The notes: generated by a model not told the origin, from the sequence alone. Shown: positions 52,304-62,148, numbered from the stretch's first letter. The stretch is 64,000 bases of DNA from an uncultured delta proteobacterium (GCA_963842085.1 CAWJET010000001.1:2240001-2304000); one strand, 5' to 3'. Numbers and translations: made by a program.

Positions 52304-53056
52304 TCAGGCCGGACTTTGGCGTGCTCTCTTGAACTCGGCGTCGGAGGCGGCGATATGCGTTTGCCCCAGAAAAGTTTCCACTCGATCCCGATTGACAACC
52401 AGTTGACGCCCGCTGCGCCAAATCAAATGCTTGCGCTCGAACAAATTCAAATGCTCGGTGATTCGAGGCCGCGAGGCGCCGACCAGTTCTGCGAGGTCTT
52501 TGTGCCGAGCGGGCAATGTCAGCCGAATCCCTTTTGGATCGTGCAGACCGAAATTTTCACATAGTTCGAGCAGGATCAGGGCCAACCGCTCTTCGAGAGT
52601 GCAGCTCATGAAGTTTGCGCAGCGCAGTTGAACCAAATCCCAGCGGCCCAGGTAGCTCGACGCCATCCGTTTGAAGTCTGCCGAAGTGACTCCGAGCGAT
52701 ATTTCGACGAACGTCTCAAGCGGGATCGTCCCTATTCGGCAAACGGTAACTGCTTCGCAGCGAAAATTGTAGCTGATGCCGGAAACCGGCGGCGGGAAAC
52801 CGGGGATCATGCCGGGCGCGACCATGATCACCAACGTGCGCTGACCCTTGCGATTGCGGCACGTGATTCGCGCCACCCCTGCGAGCAGGATGTATGCGGA
52901 ATCGGGCGAGTGCCTCTCGTCGAAGATGATCGCGCGCTTTTCGACGATGCTGATGGTCAGCGCGTTGGAGAGCTTGTCGAGCTGCCGCGCCGTGAGCCAG
53001 GAGATATTCTTAAGCCCGCGCAAACTTCGGGTGGCCGATGCTCGAACAGGACTCAT
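52304..53056 (-). CDS. Crp/Fnr family transcriptional regulator (paralogue)
   Basis: EERLALILLEL; HKDLAELVGASRPRITEHL; aligns by eye with the neighbour. Confidence 0.88.
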   Translation of the reverse strand: MSPVRASATRSLRGLKNISWLTARQLDKLSNALTISIVEKRAIIFDERHSPDSAYILLAGVARITCRNRKGQRTLVIMVAPGMIPGFPPPVSGISYNFRCEAVTVCRIGTIPLETFVEISLGVTSADFKRMASSYLGRWDLVQLRCANFMSCTLEERLALILLELCENFGLHDPKGIRLTLPARHKDLAELVGASRPRITEHLNLFERKHLIWRSGRQLVVNRDRVETFLGQTHIAASDAEFKRARQSPA

Positions 53057-53174
53057 TTCCGCAACGTATCAAACGTCGGCGCTCAAGGTAAATAAAGCCC
53101 GCGACATAGGCTAAATTCGACGCATTTAGTTCTCTATATAACCGATTGATGCTGAGGCTCAACCGCCTTGCAGA

Positions 53175-54512
53175 TCACATGGACACAGGACTCCCGCTCT
53201 TGCGTAGGAGCGTCGGATCCCGATACGCGATCCAGATCAGCAGCACCAGCGCAGGAATCGTCGCGACCGTCGTCAGCATGAAGAACGGCACCCAGCCGAG
53301 CTTGTCCGCCAGCACTCCCCCCAAAGACGCGAACAGCGTGCGCCCCACCGCCGCCAATGACGACAGCAGCGCGTACTGAGTCGCGGTGAACGCCGGTGAG
53401 CATAGGTCGGAGAGGTAGGCCACCAGCGCTGTGCCCGCCATCGCGCCCGTCAGATTCTCGGCGGCGACGCACAGGGCAAGATAATCGAGCCGATGGCCGC
53501 CCACCGCCTGCAGCACGTAGAACAAGTTGCCCGCCGACTGCAGAACCCCGCACAGGACGAGCGCGCGCATCACGCCGAGCTTCGACGTCACCACACCCCC
53601 GACAATCGCGCCGGCAACAGTCGCGAAGAATCCGACCAGCTTGGAGACGGCAGCGATCTCGTTGAGCGAAAAACCGAGCGAGATGTAGAGCGGCATCGCC
53701 ATCACTCCCGCCATCGCTTCGCCGAGCTTGTAGCCGACGATGAAAATGACGATCGCCGGCCACATCGGCCGCCGCATGAAGTCGGCGAACGGCCCCGTGA
53801 CCGCAGTCGCCAGCCAGGCGCTAATCGCGTCCCATCCTGCCATTGCGGGACGCGGCTGCGCTTCCGGCAGCGTCGCCGGTTCGGGCCCGAAGATGAACAC
53901 GAGCACGCCGACCGCCAGCAAGGCCGCCATCGTGGCGTAGGCCGCGAACCAGCCGTAGCGGGCTGCAATGATCAGCGCGCCGGCGCCGGAGACCAGCATC
54001 GCGATCCGGTAGCCGGTCTGGATCATGGCGGCGCCGGGACCCTGCTGCTCGGGCGTGAGGATTTCTACCCGGTAGGCGTCGATCACGACGTCCTGGCTGG
54101 CCGAGAGGAAAGCCACCAGCAGCGCCAGCGTCCCTATGAGCGCAAGGTCACGTTTCGGGTTGCACGAACCCAGCGCGAGCGTCACCGCGATGAGTGCGAG
54201 CTGAATCGCGATGCCCCAGCCACGCCGTCGCCCGAGCGGAATCGGCGGCGGCAGCCGATCGATCAACGGCGACCACAGGAACTTGAACGCGTACGGCGTG
54301 CCGACCAGCGCGAAAGCGCCGATGGTTGCGCGGCTCACGCCTTTGCTGGCGAACCATGCCGACAATGTTGAAAAGGTAAGCAGCAACGGGATGCCGCTGG
54401 CGAAGCCCAACGGCAGGATCAGCATCACGCGCCGCTCGGTGTACTCCCCAAGCGCCCGCCGCCAGCCCTTTACCCCGCTCGCTCCGTTTATGACACCCTG
54501 CACCGCCGGCAT
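53175..54512 (-). CDS. ampG: AmpG family muropeptide MFS transporter
   Basis: LGFASGIP, PYAFKFLWSPLID, SASQDVVIDAYRVE, TATQYALLSS. Confidence 0.92.
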   Translation of the reverse strand: MPAVQGVINGASGVKGWRRALGEYTERRVMLILPLGFASGIPLLLTFSTLSAWFASKGVSRATIGAFALVGTPYAFKFLWSPLIDRLPPPIPLGRRRGWGIAIQLALIAVTLALGSCNPKRDLALIGTLALLVAFLSASQDVVIDAYRVEILTPEQQGPGAAMIQTGYRIAMLVSGAGALIIAARYGWFAAYATMAALLAVGVLVFIFGPEPATLPEAQPRPAMAGWDAISAWLATAVTGPFADFMRRPMWPAIVIFIVGYKLGEAMAGVMAMPLYISLGFSLNEIAAVSKLVGFFATVAGAIVGGVVTSKLGVMRALVLCGVLQSAGNLFYVLQAVGGHRLDYLALCVAAENLTGAMAGTALVAYLSDLCSPAFTATQYALLSSLAAVGRTLFASLGGVLADKLGWVPFFMLTTVATIPALVLLIWIAYRDPTLLRKSGSPVSM

Positions 54513-54677
54513 CGTGACTTCATATCACTTGAGACGCCGAGAGCGCACAGTAAACGGGCAGCAATCCGTCGAGACTCGCACACAAACTTCCTTGATAACG
54601 ATTTCCGGTCTGCTACCATTGGCGCCGCCATGGCGCTCAAAACCTTCAAGCTGTAGCGGCGCCGTTCGAGCGCCCGG

Positions 54678-55109
54678 CTATTTCTCCGCCGGCCGGACCT
54701 TCATCGCGACCATCTCGTTTACCAACCTCAAGCGCACCTCCTTGATCTCGGTCAGGCGCGTCGCGCGGGTCTTCGCGACTTCCTCGCGCGTGTAGGGGCG
54801 AAAGCCGGCCGGGATTCGATCGGCGCTGAACGATTCGATGATCCAATTCATCACGGCCGCCACCTGCGCGTCGTCGAGCGCCGACTGCGCGACGCCCGGC
54901 ACCTCGATCAGGTACTGCCTGCCGCCCGGCACGCGCAGAAAGTCCGCGGCGCCGCGAAGCGACGGTGCCGTGCCGGGAATCCCTTCGCCGTGCGGCCGAT
55001 GGCATCCCCAGCAATTCAGCATGTAGAGCTTTTCGGGCGGCTCAGCCCACGCGGGCGCCGCCGCCAGCATCAGGAGCGCCGCGGCGCTTGCGAGACTACG
55101 CCACTTCAT
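54678..55109 (-). CDS. Monoheme c-type cytochrome (CWGCH; no obvious Met axial ligand)
   Basis: Signal peptide MKWRSLA...AWA; CWGCH; ATGA overlap with the upstream cytochrome. Confidence 0.85.
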   Translation of the reverse strand: MKWRSLASAAALLMLAAAPAWAEPPEKLYMLNCWGCHRPHGEGIPGTAPSLRGAADFLRVPGGRQYLIEVPGVAQSALDDAQVAAVMNWIIESFSADRIPAGFRPYTREEVAKTRATRLTEIKEVRLRLVNEMVAMKVRPAEK

Positions 55110-55576
55110 CGCTTCTGTTGATTCATCAGCGATGATCGCTCGCGAGTTAACTCGGTCGCCGAGAGCGGCATCGCGCGGGCGCGCCTGACCTCCGCCGGGG
55201 TGATCGGCGCAAAATCTTTCGGAAGTTCGGGTGCATTGAAATGCGTCAGCACTTCGTTGAGCACCGCGGCAATCTCGGCGTCGGTGAGCTGCGAGAATCG
55301 CGGCATCAGGCCGTTGTACGTTGTGCCACCGACGGTGATCGGGCCGCTGAGTCCGCCGAGCACCACGTGAATCAGGTAGTCGCGGCCGTCCTTGAATAGC
55401 ACATCGTAGCCGATCGAGTCTGCCAGCGGAGGGTAGATGCCGGGCACTCCTCGCGCCGTACTCTGATGACAGATGACGCATCGCGCGGCGAACACGTCGG
55501 GCTCGGCGGCACGCGCATCAGCGATCCAGCCGGCGCCGAGTGCGACGGCCACGAGAGCGAGCGCAACCCGGTTCAC
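55106..55576 (-). CDS. Monoheme c-type cytochrome (c552-like, His/Met)
   Basis: Signal peptide; CVICH, PPLA, YNGLMP, LTDAEIAAVLN; GTGA overlap with the mauA stop. Confidence 0.87.
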   Translation of the reverse strand: MNRVALALVAVALGAGWIADARAAEPDVFAARCVICHQSTARGVPGIYPPLADSIGYDVLFKDGRDYLIHVVLGGLSGPITVGGTTYNGLMPRFSQLTDAEIAAVLNEVLTHFNAPELPKDFAPITPAEVRRARAMPLSATELTRERSSLMNQQKR

Positions 55577-56079
55577 TTCACCGAGACGATCTCGGCGGTC
55601 GAGCAGTGATACATCATCGTCGGCGCGCCGAAGCACCAGATGAGGTCGCTGTCGAGCTGCGGCCGATAGAGTGGCATCTCGCTGATCGTGTTCGCGCACA
55701 GGCATCGCCCGCACGAGGCCTTGCCGCAGCAGTCGCGGTAACTGACGATGTAGTCTTTGCCGTCGGACGGATGGCGGCAGGTGCCGACCCACGAGGTAGG
55801 CGACGGCGTGGCGCCGGGCGGGCAGTCGTGCGAGCCGCCGCCGCAGCATGAACAAAGGAAGCCGTCGATCGCGCAGTATTTCCAGTAGTCGCAGGTGGTA
55901 TCGTCCTCGGTGTTTTTCGACTTTGGGCCGGCGGCATTCGCATTCGCGGCGACGCGATCGATCGGCAGCAGCGGAAAGATTGACGCGCCGAGAATCATTT
56001 TGCCGAGCGTGGCGAGAAAGCTGCGCCGCGAACTCCGCTGCGCCACCGCGCGGGTCAGTCGTTCGACGAGTCTATCCAT
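55573..56079 (-). CDS. mauA: TTQ amine dehydrogenase small (light) subunit
   Basis: Tat signal SRRSFL; CDYWKYCAIDG, SWVGTC and DLIWCFG (TTQ tryptophans), YRDCC; 14 Cys. Confidence 0.93.
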   Translation of the reverse strand: MDRLVERLTRAVAQRSSRRSFLATLGKMILGASIFPLLPIDRVAANANAAGPKSKNTEDDTTCDYWKYCAIDGFLCSCCGGGSHDCPPGATPSPTSWVGTCRHPSDGKDYIVSYRDCCGKASCGRCLCANTISEMPLYRPQLDSDLIWCFGAPTMMYHCSTAEIVSVK

Positions 56080-56728
56080 GATGCTTCGCGCCCCTCTCTC
56101 CGTTGGCCCGAGCTTTCGCCGCCGCGCCGTGTTCGTGGTGCGTCTTTAGATATTCCTGGAGCGACGCCAGGTGCATCTGCTTGGCGGCGACGATGCTTTC
56201 GAGATGCTCGCGCGTGTTGACCAGACCCTTGGCGCGCACCACGCCTTCATCGTCGATCAACACCGCGTATGGAAGCTTGGCTACACGATAGGTCAGGCCG
56301 ACTTCGGGCGACAGCACGAACGGATACGATTCAAGCTGATGCCGCGCGATTAACGCGTCCTGCTCGGACGGCTCGCCGTCGCTGGTGAAAATCAGATCGA
56401 GCCATCGCGACTCCGCCGCCGCGACCGACTTGGCAATCGGCAGGAGTTTCTTGCACACCGGGCAGGTCGGCGAGACGAACATCAGGAGCTGGCTGCGGCC
56501 GTCGGTGCGTGCGGCGCCGATTGCGATCGGCCTGTTTGCCAGGTCGGTCAACTCGAAGACGGGAGATTGGTCGCCGACCTTGGGACCCTTGTCGATAGTG
56601 AGCGCGCCCATCGGGGCGATTCGTTCGTGCAGCACGCCGATTTGACGAATGAGCGCGAGCACGACGGCCGACAGCGCGACCACCGCGATCCACAGAATTA
56701 TTTGCGAGATGACGAGTGCGTCATGCAT
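56072..56728 (-). CDS. mauD: Amine dehydrogenase accessory protein MauD (thioredoxin-like)
   Basis: RQIGVLHERIAPMGAL, SPTCPVCKKL, KGLVNTREHLES. Confidence 0.92.
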   Translation of the reverse strand: MHDALVISQIILWIAVVALSAVVLALIRQIGVLHERIAPMGALTIDKGPKVGDQSPVFELTDLANRPIAIGAARTDGRSQLLMFVSPTCPVCKKLLPIAKSVAAAESRWLDLIFTSDGEPSEQDALIARHQLESYPFVLSPEVGLTYRVAKLPYAVLIDDEGVVRAKGLVNTREHLESIVAAKQMHLASLQEYLKTHHEHGAAAKARANGERGAKHHG

Positions 56729-57269
56729 TGGCAGTCTCGAGCGCGCGCATCCGCGGCAGGTTGGCGAGCAGATAGTTTGCCGCCAGGTAGAGAACCACAA
56801 CGGTCGCAGCGCCGAAAACGATGGTCGCGGCGTCGAGCGGCGTCATCGGGCGGCCGTCCGCCGGCACAATCGCGATCGCGGCCAGTGCCATCAGAATCGC
56901 GTTGCGCGCCGGCAGCCACCAGCTCAGCGGCTGGCGGATCGCCGGACCGAAACATCCGCAATCGACGTGCAATCGCCCGCGCATCAGGTTGACGACGATC
57001 GCAGCGGTGAAGATTGCGAGCAGTATAAGCAGCAGAGCGGCAGCGGCTTGATGGCTGCGCGGTATCAGAATCCCCACTGCGCCAGCGGTTTCGGTGACCG
57101 GAACCAGCGCCGCGACTGGCATCGCAGAACTTTCAGGGACGATACGGTAGTTCGCGACCGCGGCGCGAAACTCGCCGAAGTCCTCAAATTTGATTACCGC
57201 CGACGCGCCGAACACGACCGCCAGCGCAATCGAGATCGTCCATGAAACCGCTGGATCCATCGCAAACAT
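56721..57269 (-). CDS. mauE: Amine dehydrogenase accessory membrane protein MauE
   Basis: Five hydrophobic segments; RGRLHVDCGCFG motif; RN. Confidence 0.9.
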   Translation of the reverse strand: MFAMDPAVSWTISIALAVVFGASAVIKFEDFGEFRAAVANYRIVPESSAMPVAALVPVTETAGAVGILIPRSHQAAAALLLILLAIFTAAIVVNLMRGRLHVDCGCFGPAIRQPLSWWLPARNAILMALAAIAIVPADGRPMTPLDAATIVFGAATVVVLYLAANYLLANLPRMRALETANA

Positions 57270-57275
57270 AATCCG

Positions 57276-58415
57276 CTAGGGTCCTTGCACCAGGAACGGT
57301 GTGCCGAGTTGATCGACTGTGCCTAGATGCTTGCCGTCCGGCACCGCGTATTCGTCCAACTGACTCTTCAGCAACGACAGCGTGTACAGAATTGGGTTAT
57401 CGCTATTGCTCACGTAGATCGAGTACGCGGGAGTCTTGAGCTTGATGCGCCCGACGCGCGCCTGCTTTGCCGCGTCGAAGACCCAGACCTCGGTGCCGAA
57501 CTGCTTGTGAGTCCATTCGCCGCCCTGATGCATCAGCACGAAGAGCAAATTGCGCTTCTCATTGTATGCGATCGTCTGCCATCCGCCCGGGCGCCACGCC
57601 TTGTCTTTCGCGCTCGCATACACCGACCATTCAGGCTCGGCCACCGCTTCGGCTCCCGACAAATCGAGCACGTGAATCGCGCCGTGGTACGAATCGAAGT
57701 ACGCCTTGCTGCCGACGACGGCCGGCTGATCGAAAACGGGATCCTTGTTGGGATCGAAGAACGGCTTGCCCTGCTTCTTTTCTTTGGCGGCGCCGGCGTC
57801 GTCAAGCTGGACGGTGAGAATCGAGCCGTCCGCGCACATCGAGGAGAACTGGCGGTTGCCGGGCGCGAGCACCTGGACGCATCCGGGCGTGTCGATCTCG
57901 CCGGCGAACTTGCGCGCCTTTAGATCGACGACGCTGACCGAAGTGGCCGGCGTCATGTTGGCGATCAGCATGAAGCGGCCGTCGGGCGTGACGGCCGCCG
58001 TGTCGCGCTTGGGCACGATCAAAATTCGCTTGGGCGGAATCGCGACCTCGGCCTCGAAGGTGAGCGACTTGGCGTCGAAGATCGAAACGACGTCGGTGCG
58101 CGTGCCATGCCATCCGCGCGAGTAGTAGGTGTCGACCATGTACATCTCGCGATGGTCGGGGGAAATCTCGAAATTGGCCAGGTAGCCGCCGGTCAACTGA
58201 CCAAGCATCTTGCGGGTGTCGCCGTCGATGATGTCGAGCTTGGCGATGTTGGTGCTTGGGAAGCCGGCGTCCAGCACGAAGACCCAGTTGGGCGCGGGCT
58301 CGGGGAGGGTCTTCGAGGTCATCTCGTCAGGGGGAAGCTGGGCGCGCGCGGGCACGGCCGCGAGCGGCGCGCTCCCGAGGATCAGAAGCAGGAGAATGCA
58401 GGTGCGCTTGGACAT
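57276..58415 (-). CDS. mauB: TTQ amine dehydrogenase large (heavy) subunit
   Basis: Signal peptide; TYYSRGWHGTRTDV, NMTPATSVSVVD, PGC...CADG, WRPGGWQ, MH...THK..GTEVW. Confidence 0.92.
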   Translation of the reverse strand: MSKRTCILLLLILGSAPLAAVPARAQLPPDEMTSKTLPEPAPNWVFVLDAGFPSTNIAKLDIIDGDTRKMLGQLTGGYLANFEISPDHREMYMVDTYYSRGWHGTRTDVVSIFDAKSLTFEAEVAIPPKRILIVPKRDTAAVTPDGRFMLIANMTPATSVSVVDLKARKFAGEIDTPGCVQVLAPGNRQFSSMCADGSILTVQLDDAGAAKEKKQGKPFFDPNKDPVFDQPAVVGSKAYFDSYHGAIHVLDLSGAEAVAEPEWSVYASAKDKAWRPGGWQTIAYNEKRNLLFVLMHQGGEWTHKQFGTEVWVFDAAKQARVGRIKLKTPAYSIYVSNSDNPILYTLSLLKSQLDEYAVPDGKHLGTVDQLGTPFLVQGP

Positions 58416-58574
58416 CTTGAGTCGCTCGCCAGCGTGCATAGTACGGCGGAACGCGCAGGGTCAAGGCACGGGAGATAACGAATGTGAACCCCGCCGTGGG
58501 CAAGACGCGCTTCGGCCTGTTTAGAAGGGGGGAATGGGTTTCTCGTTCGTTGCCTTGAGAGCCAGCTAAGAGAT

Positions 58575-59792
58575 TCACGGAGACGCGGTAGAGTTTGGTA
58601 TCGATACGGCCGCACGGCGGGCGGTGTCGGCCAGCAGCAGGAGCATCGCGAGCGGGGCGATTGGAATCATTGCGTGGCCGGCGAGTAAGCGCGCGAACAG
58701 CGGCAGCAGCCAGACGAACGCCAGCAGCGATTTTTCCCATGGGAGAAAGCCGCAGCGGCGGCCTTCGAGCGCGAGCCATGCGATCGGCAGCGCGAGGATG
58801 ACCAGATCGTGCACTATTATGTAAGGCGTCGCCAGCAATATGCCGGTTGCGAGCCCGGCGGCGTGAAGCTCAAACTTCGTTGTTCGCCGCCAAATCCAAG
58901 TGACGGTGAGCACGGTTATCAAACTTACCACGCACTGAAAAGCATAAGCCGTCGCGATGCTGAATCCCCACAAGCGCGCGGCGGCGAAGGCGCTTTGTAT
59001 CTTCTCGAACCCGATGCCACCCTGTTCGAGCACGACATGGCGGTTGAAGCTGACGCTGACAAAAAAAGCCTGCCAGGTTTGCGCTCCGAAAATTGCGAAC
59101 GACAGAGCCGCGAACAATACCACCGTGACCGACGCTGCCGCGATCGCGCGCCAGCGGCCAGTGGCGAGCAGAAAGATCGGCACCAAGATGCCGTACTGTG
59201 GTTTGTAGCTCATCAGCCCGAACATCACGCCGGCTAGAATCGGGCGCCGCTCGAGCGTCAGCAGGGCGGCCCCAAGCAGCGCGAGTGTGAGGAATCCATT
59301 CTGGCCGTTGGTCAGATTGACCAGCGCGCCGGGAAAAGCGATCGCCGGCCAAATCGAATCCCGCTCGGGGTCGATTTTCCACATGACTGCGAAATAGGCG
59401 GCGAAGGTTGCCGCGCTCCATGCAATCAAAGACCAGACGTACGGCAGAAGCGCTAGGGGCGAGATTATCAGCAGATACATCGGCGGGTAGCCAAAACTTG
59501 TGTAGCCCAGCGAGGCAGATTGAACTGCAGTTCTCTCTACCCTCCACAGTTGCGCGGTGTCGTACACGGAGGCCGCAAGTCCTTTGATCGCAAGTTGGGA
59601 AGCACTCCACAGCACCGCAAAGTCGGCGCCGATCGGATGTCCGGCAGGATCGACCAGCCCCTTGCTGTGCATCAGCCAGACGCTGGCGCTGACGACATAA
59701 ACGACGAGGAACAGCTTCGGATATGCGACGAGGCGCCGGCGCGTGAGCCACGGCGCATCTCTGAAGAAGTCGAGCATCGAGCTACCGGTCAA
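58575..59792 (-). CDS. GT87 / DUF2029 family membrane glycosyltransferase
   Basis: GADF, YPP, GQNG, YKPQ, PY..HD; multiple TM segments. Confidence 0.85.
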   Translation of the reverse strand: MTGSSMLDFFRDAPWLTRRRLVAYPKLFLVVYVVSASVWLMHSKGLVDPAGHPIGADFAVLWSASQLAIKGLAASVYDTAQLWRVERTAVQSASLGYTSFGYPPMYLLIISPLALLPYVWSLIAWSAATFAAYFAVMWKIDPERDSIWPAIAFPGALVNLTNGQNGFLTLALLGAALLTLERRPILAGVMFGLMSYKPQYGILVPIFLLATGRWRAIAAASVTVVLFAALSFAIFGAQTWQAFFVSVSFNRHVVLEQGGIGFEKIQSAFAAARLWGFSIATAYAFQCVVSLITVLTVTWIWRRTTKFELHAAGLATGILLATPYIIVHDLVILALPIAWLALEGRRCGFLPWEKSLLAFVWLLPLFARLLAGHAMIPIAPLAMLLLLADTARRAAVSIPNSTASP

Positions 59793-59985
59793 CCATCCTC
59801 CGCCGAGTCACCCTCACAACTTGCAGTCGACGAGCTCGGCTGCGAACCTCAATAGCAAAGGGCGAGCGCCACAACCAGCGGCGATCTTTCGGCATCGAAC
59901 GGCAATCTGGCGCAAGACTGCCTGCACACCAAAGTGCTAGAAGGGAGTTCTGACGAGGGTAATCGCCGCGAGGGGAGTTCGGACC

Positions 59986-60366
59986 ATGCTTGGCAACCAA
60001 CCGCTAATTGCGATGATTGCGACGACAGAGCCGGAGCGCGCGAAGGCATTCTACTCGGACGTTCTCGGGCTCAAGCTGGTTGAAGACGGATGGTTCGCGA
60101 TCGTGTTCACGGCGGGAGGTACCCGGCTCCACATTCAGAAGGTGAAGGAGTTTTCGCCGTTGCCGTTCACGGCGATGGGCTGGACGGTTGGCGACATCGC
60201 GGCGACCGTGGCGGAACTTACGAAGAAGGGCGTAAATTTCGAACGTTACAAAGGCATGACGCAGGACGACGCGGGCATCTGGACGACGCCGGATGGAACC
60301 AAGGTGTGCTGGTTCAAGGACCCTGACGGCAATACTCTGTCGCTGACTCAGTTCACTAGTAAGTGA
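59986..60366 (+). CDS. VOC (glyoxalase/bleomycin resistance) family protein
   Basis: AKAFYSDVLGL; WFKDPDGNTLSL. Confidence 0.92.
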   Translation: MLGNQPLIAMIATTEPERAKAFYSDVLGLKLVEDGWFAIVFTAGGTRLHIQKVKEFSPLPFTAMGWTVGDIAATVAELTKKGVNFERYKGMTQDDAGIWTTPDGTKVCWFKDPDGNTLSLTQFTSK

Positions 60367-60381
60367 GTAGTTTCGAACAGT

Positions 60382-62100
60382 TCAGCGGCGGGCGTCGTCG
60401 CCGCGCGAAACCTCCATCCAGGCGTTGATCAGATCGTCGGCCTCGTCCGGCTCGAGGCGGCCGTCCTTCACGGCGGCCAGGATTTCGAGGATGGCGTCGT
60501 CGCGACTCAGTTTTACAGTTGCGCCGGGCCTGAATTTCGCCGACTGACTATCGGCTGCCGGTTTGTCAGTCTCCGACTGAGTAACCGATTGAGTAGCTGA
60601 CTGAGTAGTGCTGCCGGCCTGTTCATGCGAACGTTCGCGCAGGTCGCGCGCGGCTTCGCGGATTTTGTCGCGCATCTCGCGCGCGGCCTGCCGCACCCGC
60701 TCACGCATCTCGTTGCGCGCCTCGCGCGAGCCGCCGCGCACCGCGTTCGCGACGAGATCGCCGATTTCCTTGCCCAGCTTGGCGAGCCGATCGCCGACGT
60801 CGTCGGGGACCCGCTCCTCGATTTCGGAAATGGCGCGCTCGACTTCGCGGAGTCCTTCGCTGACGCTGCGCTTCACATCGCGGGTAACTTCGCGCACGAT
60901 TCCGCTGGAAAGGCCGCCGCTCTCGGCGACGAACTGGCCGGCGGCGTCGAGCACGCTGCGCACAAAGGCGGGGATCTCGCCGCCGAGGTTGTCGGCAAGG
61001 TCCTCGAACGGGGCGGAGAATGCGCCGCCCGCGCGCGAGCGGTAACCGCGGCCGGAGAAATCGCGCTCGCGCGCGTCGCCGCTGGCGACGATCACGTCGG
61101 CGCCGCGGGTCTCGACGGCGATTTTCGTGCGCGCGCCGGACGCTGGGTCGGGACCGATCGTCCCGCGAACGTGATTGCGGCCGAGCCATTTGAGGCCGGC
61201 GGCGTCGATGCCGTAAGTGCGGATACGGCCCCATCCGGCGGAGGCGTCGAGCTCGAGCGAGGCGTTGGCGTCCACTTCCAGGTTGACGCGGCCGCGGCTT
61301 CTGACGCTCCAGGTCTTGTCGGTGGGAAACGGGCCGGCGAGATCAACCGCGCCGCCCACGTCTTCAAGGCTGAGCGAGCCACCAACGCGGCTGATGCGCG
61401 CGTGGCCGCCGACAGAGCCGACCGCGACTTCGCCGGCGACGCTCTCGGCTGCGAGTTTGCCGCCGATCGTACCGATCCGGATTGCGCCGGACAGGTTCGC
61501 GGCACGCACGCGGCCGCCGACGGCGCCGGCTTCGACCTGTGAGGCGTCCTCGACTTCGAGATGTCCGCCGACGATGCGGGCGATGAACGGGGCGCACAGT
61601 CGAAGCAGGCGCGCGCTGCCGCCGATTTTTTCGATCGCCACTTCTCCTTCGATGGCGCGGCAATCGAGCCCGCCGGCAACGCGGCTGAAGGTGATCGCGC
61701 CCGCTGACTCAACGGAGAGCGCACCGCCGACTTTGAGGCCTTCTACAGCACCCGCCTGGTTGATGGAGACGTTGCCGCCGACAGGCTCGCGGATTGAGAT
61801 GGCGCCGACGCGGTGCGCGTGGAGATTGCCGCGAACGCGCTTGACGACGAAAGGGGTGGCGAGATCGGAAACGTCGAGGTTGCCGGCGAGGTCTTCGACT
61901 TCGACGGTGACGCCGGCGGGGACGGTGATGACGGCGTTGTCGCGGAGCGTCAGTTCGGCGCCGCCGGCGTCGCGAGTGACCTGGGGCGTGAGGCCCGAAT
62001 CGATCTCAATTGCGGAAAGATCTCCGCCGGCGATTTTGAGATTTCCGGCGGCGCGCAGGACGCGGATTGATTCAACTCCTTCGAGCGTCGAGATAGCCAT
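60382..62100 (-). CDS. DUF4097-like beta-strand repeat protein with helical tail and SHOCT-like end (YvlB/LiaX-like)
   Basis: Repeated (V/I)xx(V/I)GG beta repeats; coiled region; ILAAVKDGRLEPDEADDLI. GGAGG RBS. Confidence 0.78.
   Translation of the reverse strand: MAISTLEGVESIRVLRAAGNLKIAGGDLSAIEIDSGLTPQVTRDAGGAELTLRDNAVITVPAGVTVEVEDLAGNLDVSDLATPFVVKRVRGNLHAHRVGAISIREPVGGNVSINQAGAVEGLKVGGALSVESAGAITFSRVAGGLDCRAIEGEVAIEKIGGSARLLRLCAPFIARIVGGHLEVEDASQVEAGAVGGRVRAANLSGAIRIGTIGGKLAAESVAGEVAVGSVGGHARISRVGGSLSLEDVGGAVDLAGPFPTDKTWSVRSRGRVNLEVDANASLELDASAGWGRIRTYGIDAAGLKWLGRNHVRGTIGPDPASGARTKIAVETRGADVIVASGDARERDFSGRGYRSRAGGAFSAPFEDLADNLGGEIPAFVRSVLDAAGQFVAESGGLSSGIVREVTRDVKRSVSEGLREVERAISEIEERVPDDVGDRLAKLGKEIGDLVANAVRGGSREARNEMRERVRQAAREMRDKIREAARDLRERSHEQAGSTTQSATQSVTQSETDKPAADSQSAKFRPGATVKLSRDDAILEILAAVKDGRLEPDEADDLINAWMEVSRGDDARR
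60575..60610. repeat. 3 x 12 bp imperfect tandem repeat encoding TTQS/ATQS/VTQS linker
   Basis: GACTGAGTAACC GATTGAGTAGCT GACTGAGTAGTG. Confidence 0.7.
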
Positions 62101-62148
62101 GGCGGATTTCCTCCGTTGATTTTTTCACTTTTCCACTTGCCGGATTGT

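Noticed and set aside
54514-54528. GTGA-N7-TCAC upstream of ampG as a CRP site
   Set aside because: Spacing is 7 rather than 6, and the local Crp proteins have a non-CRP recognition helix.
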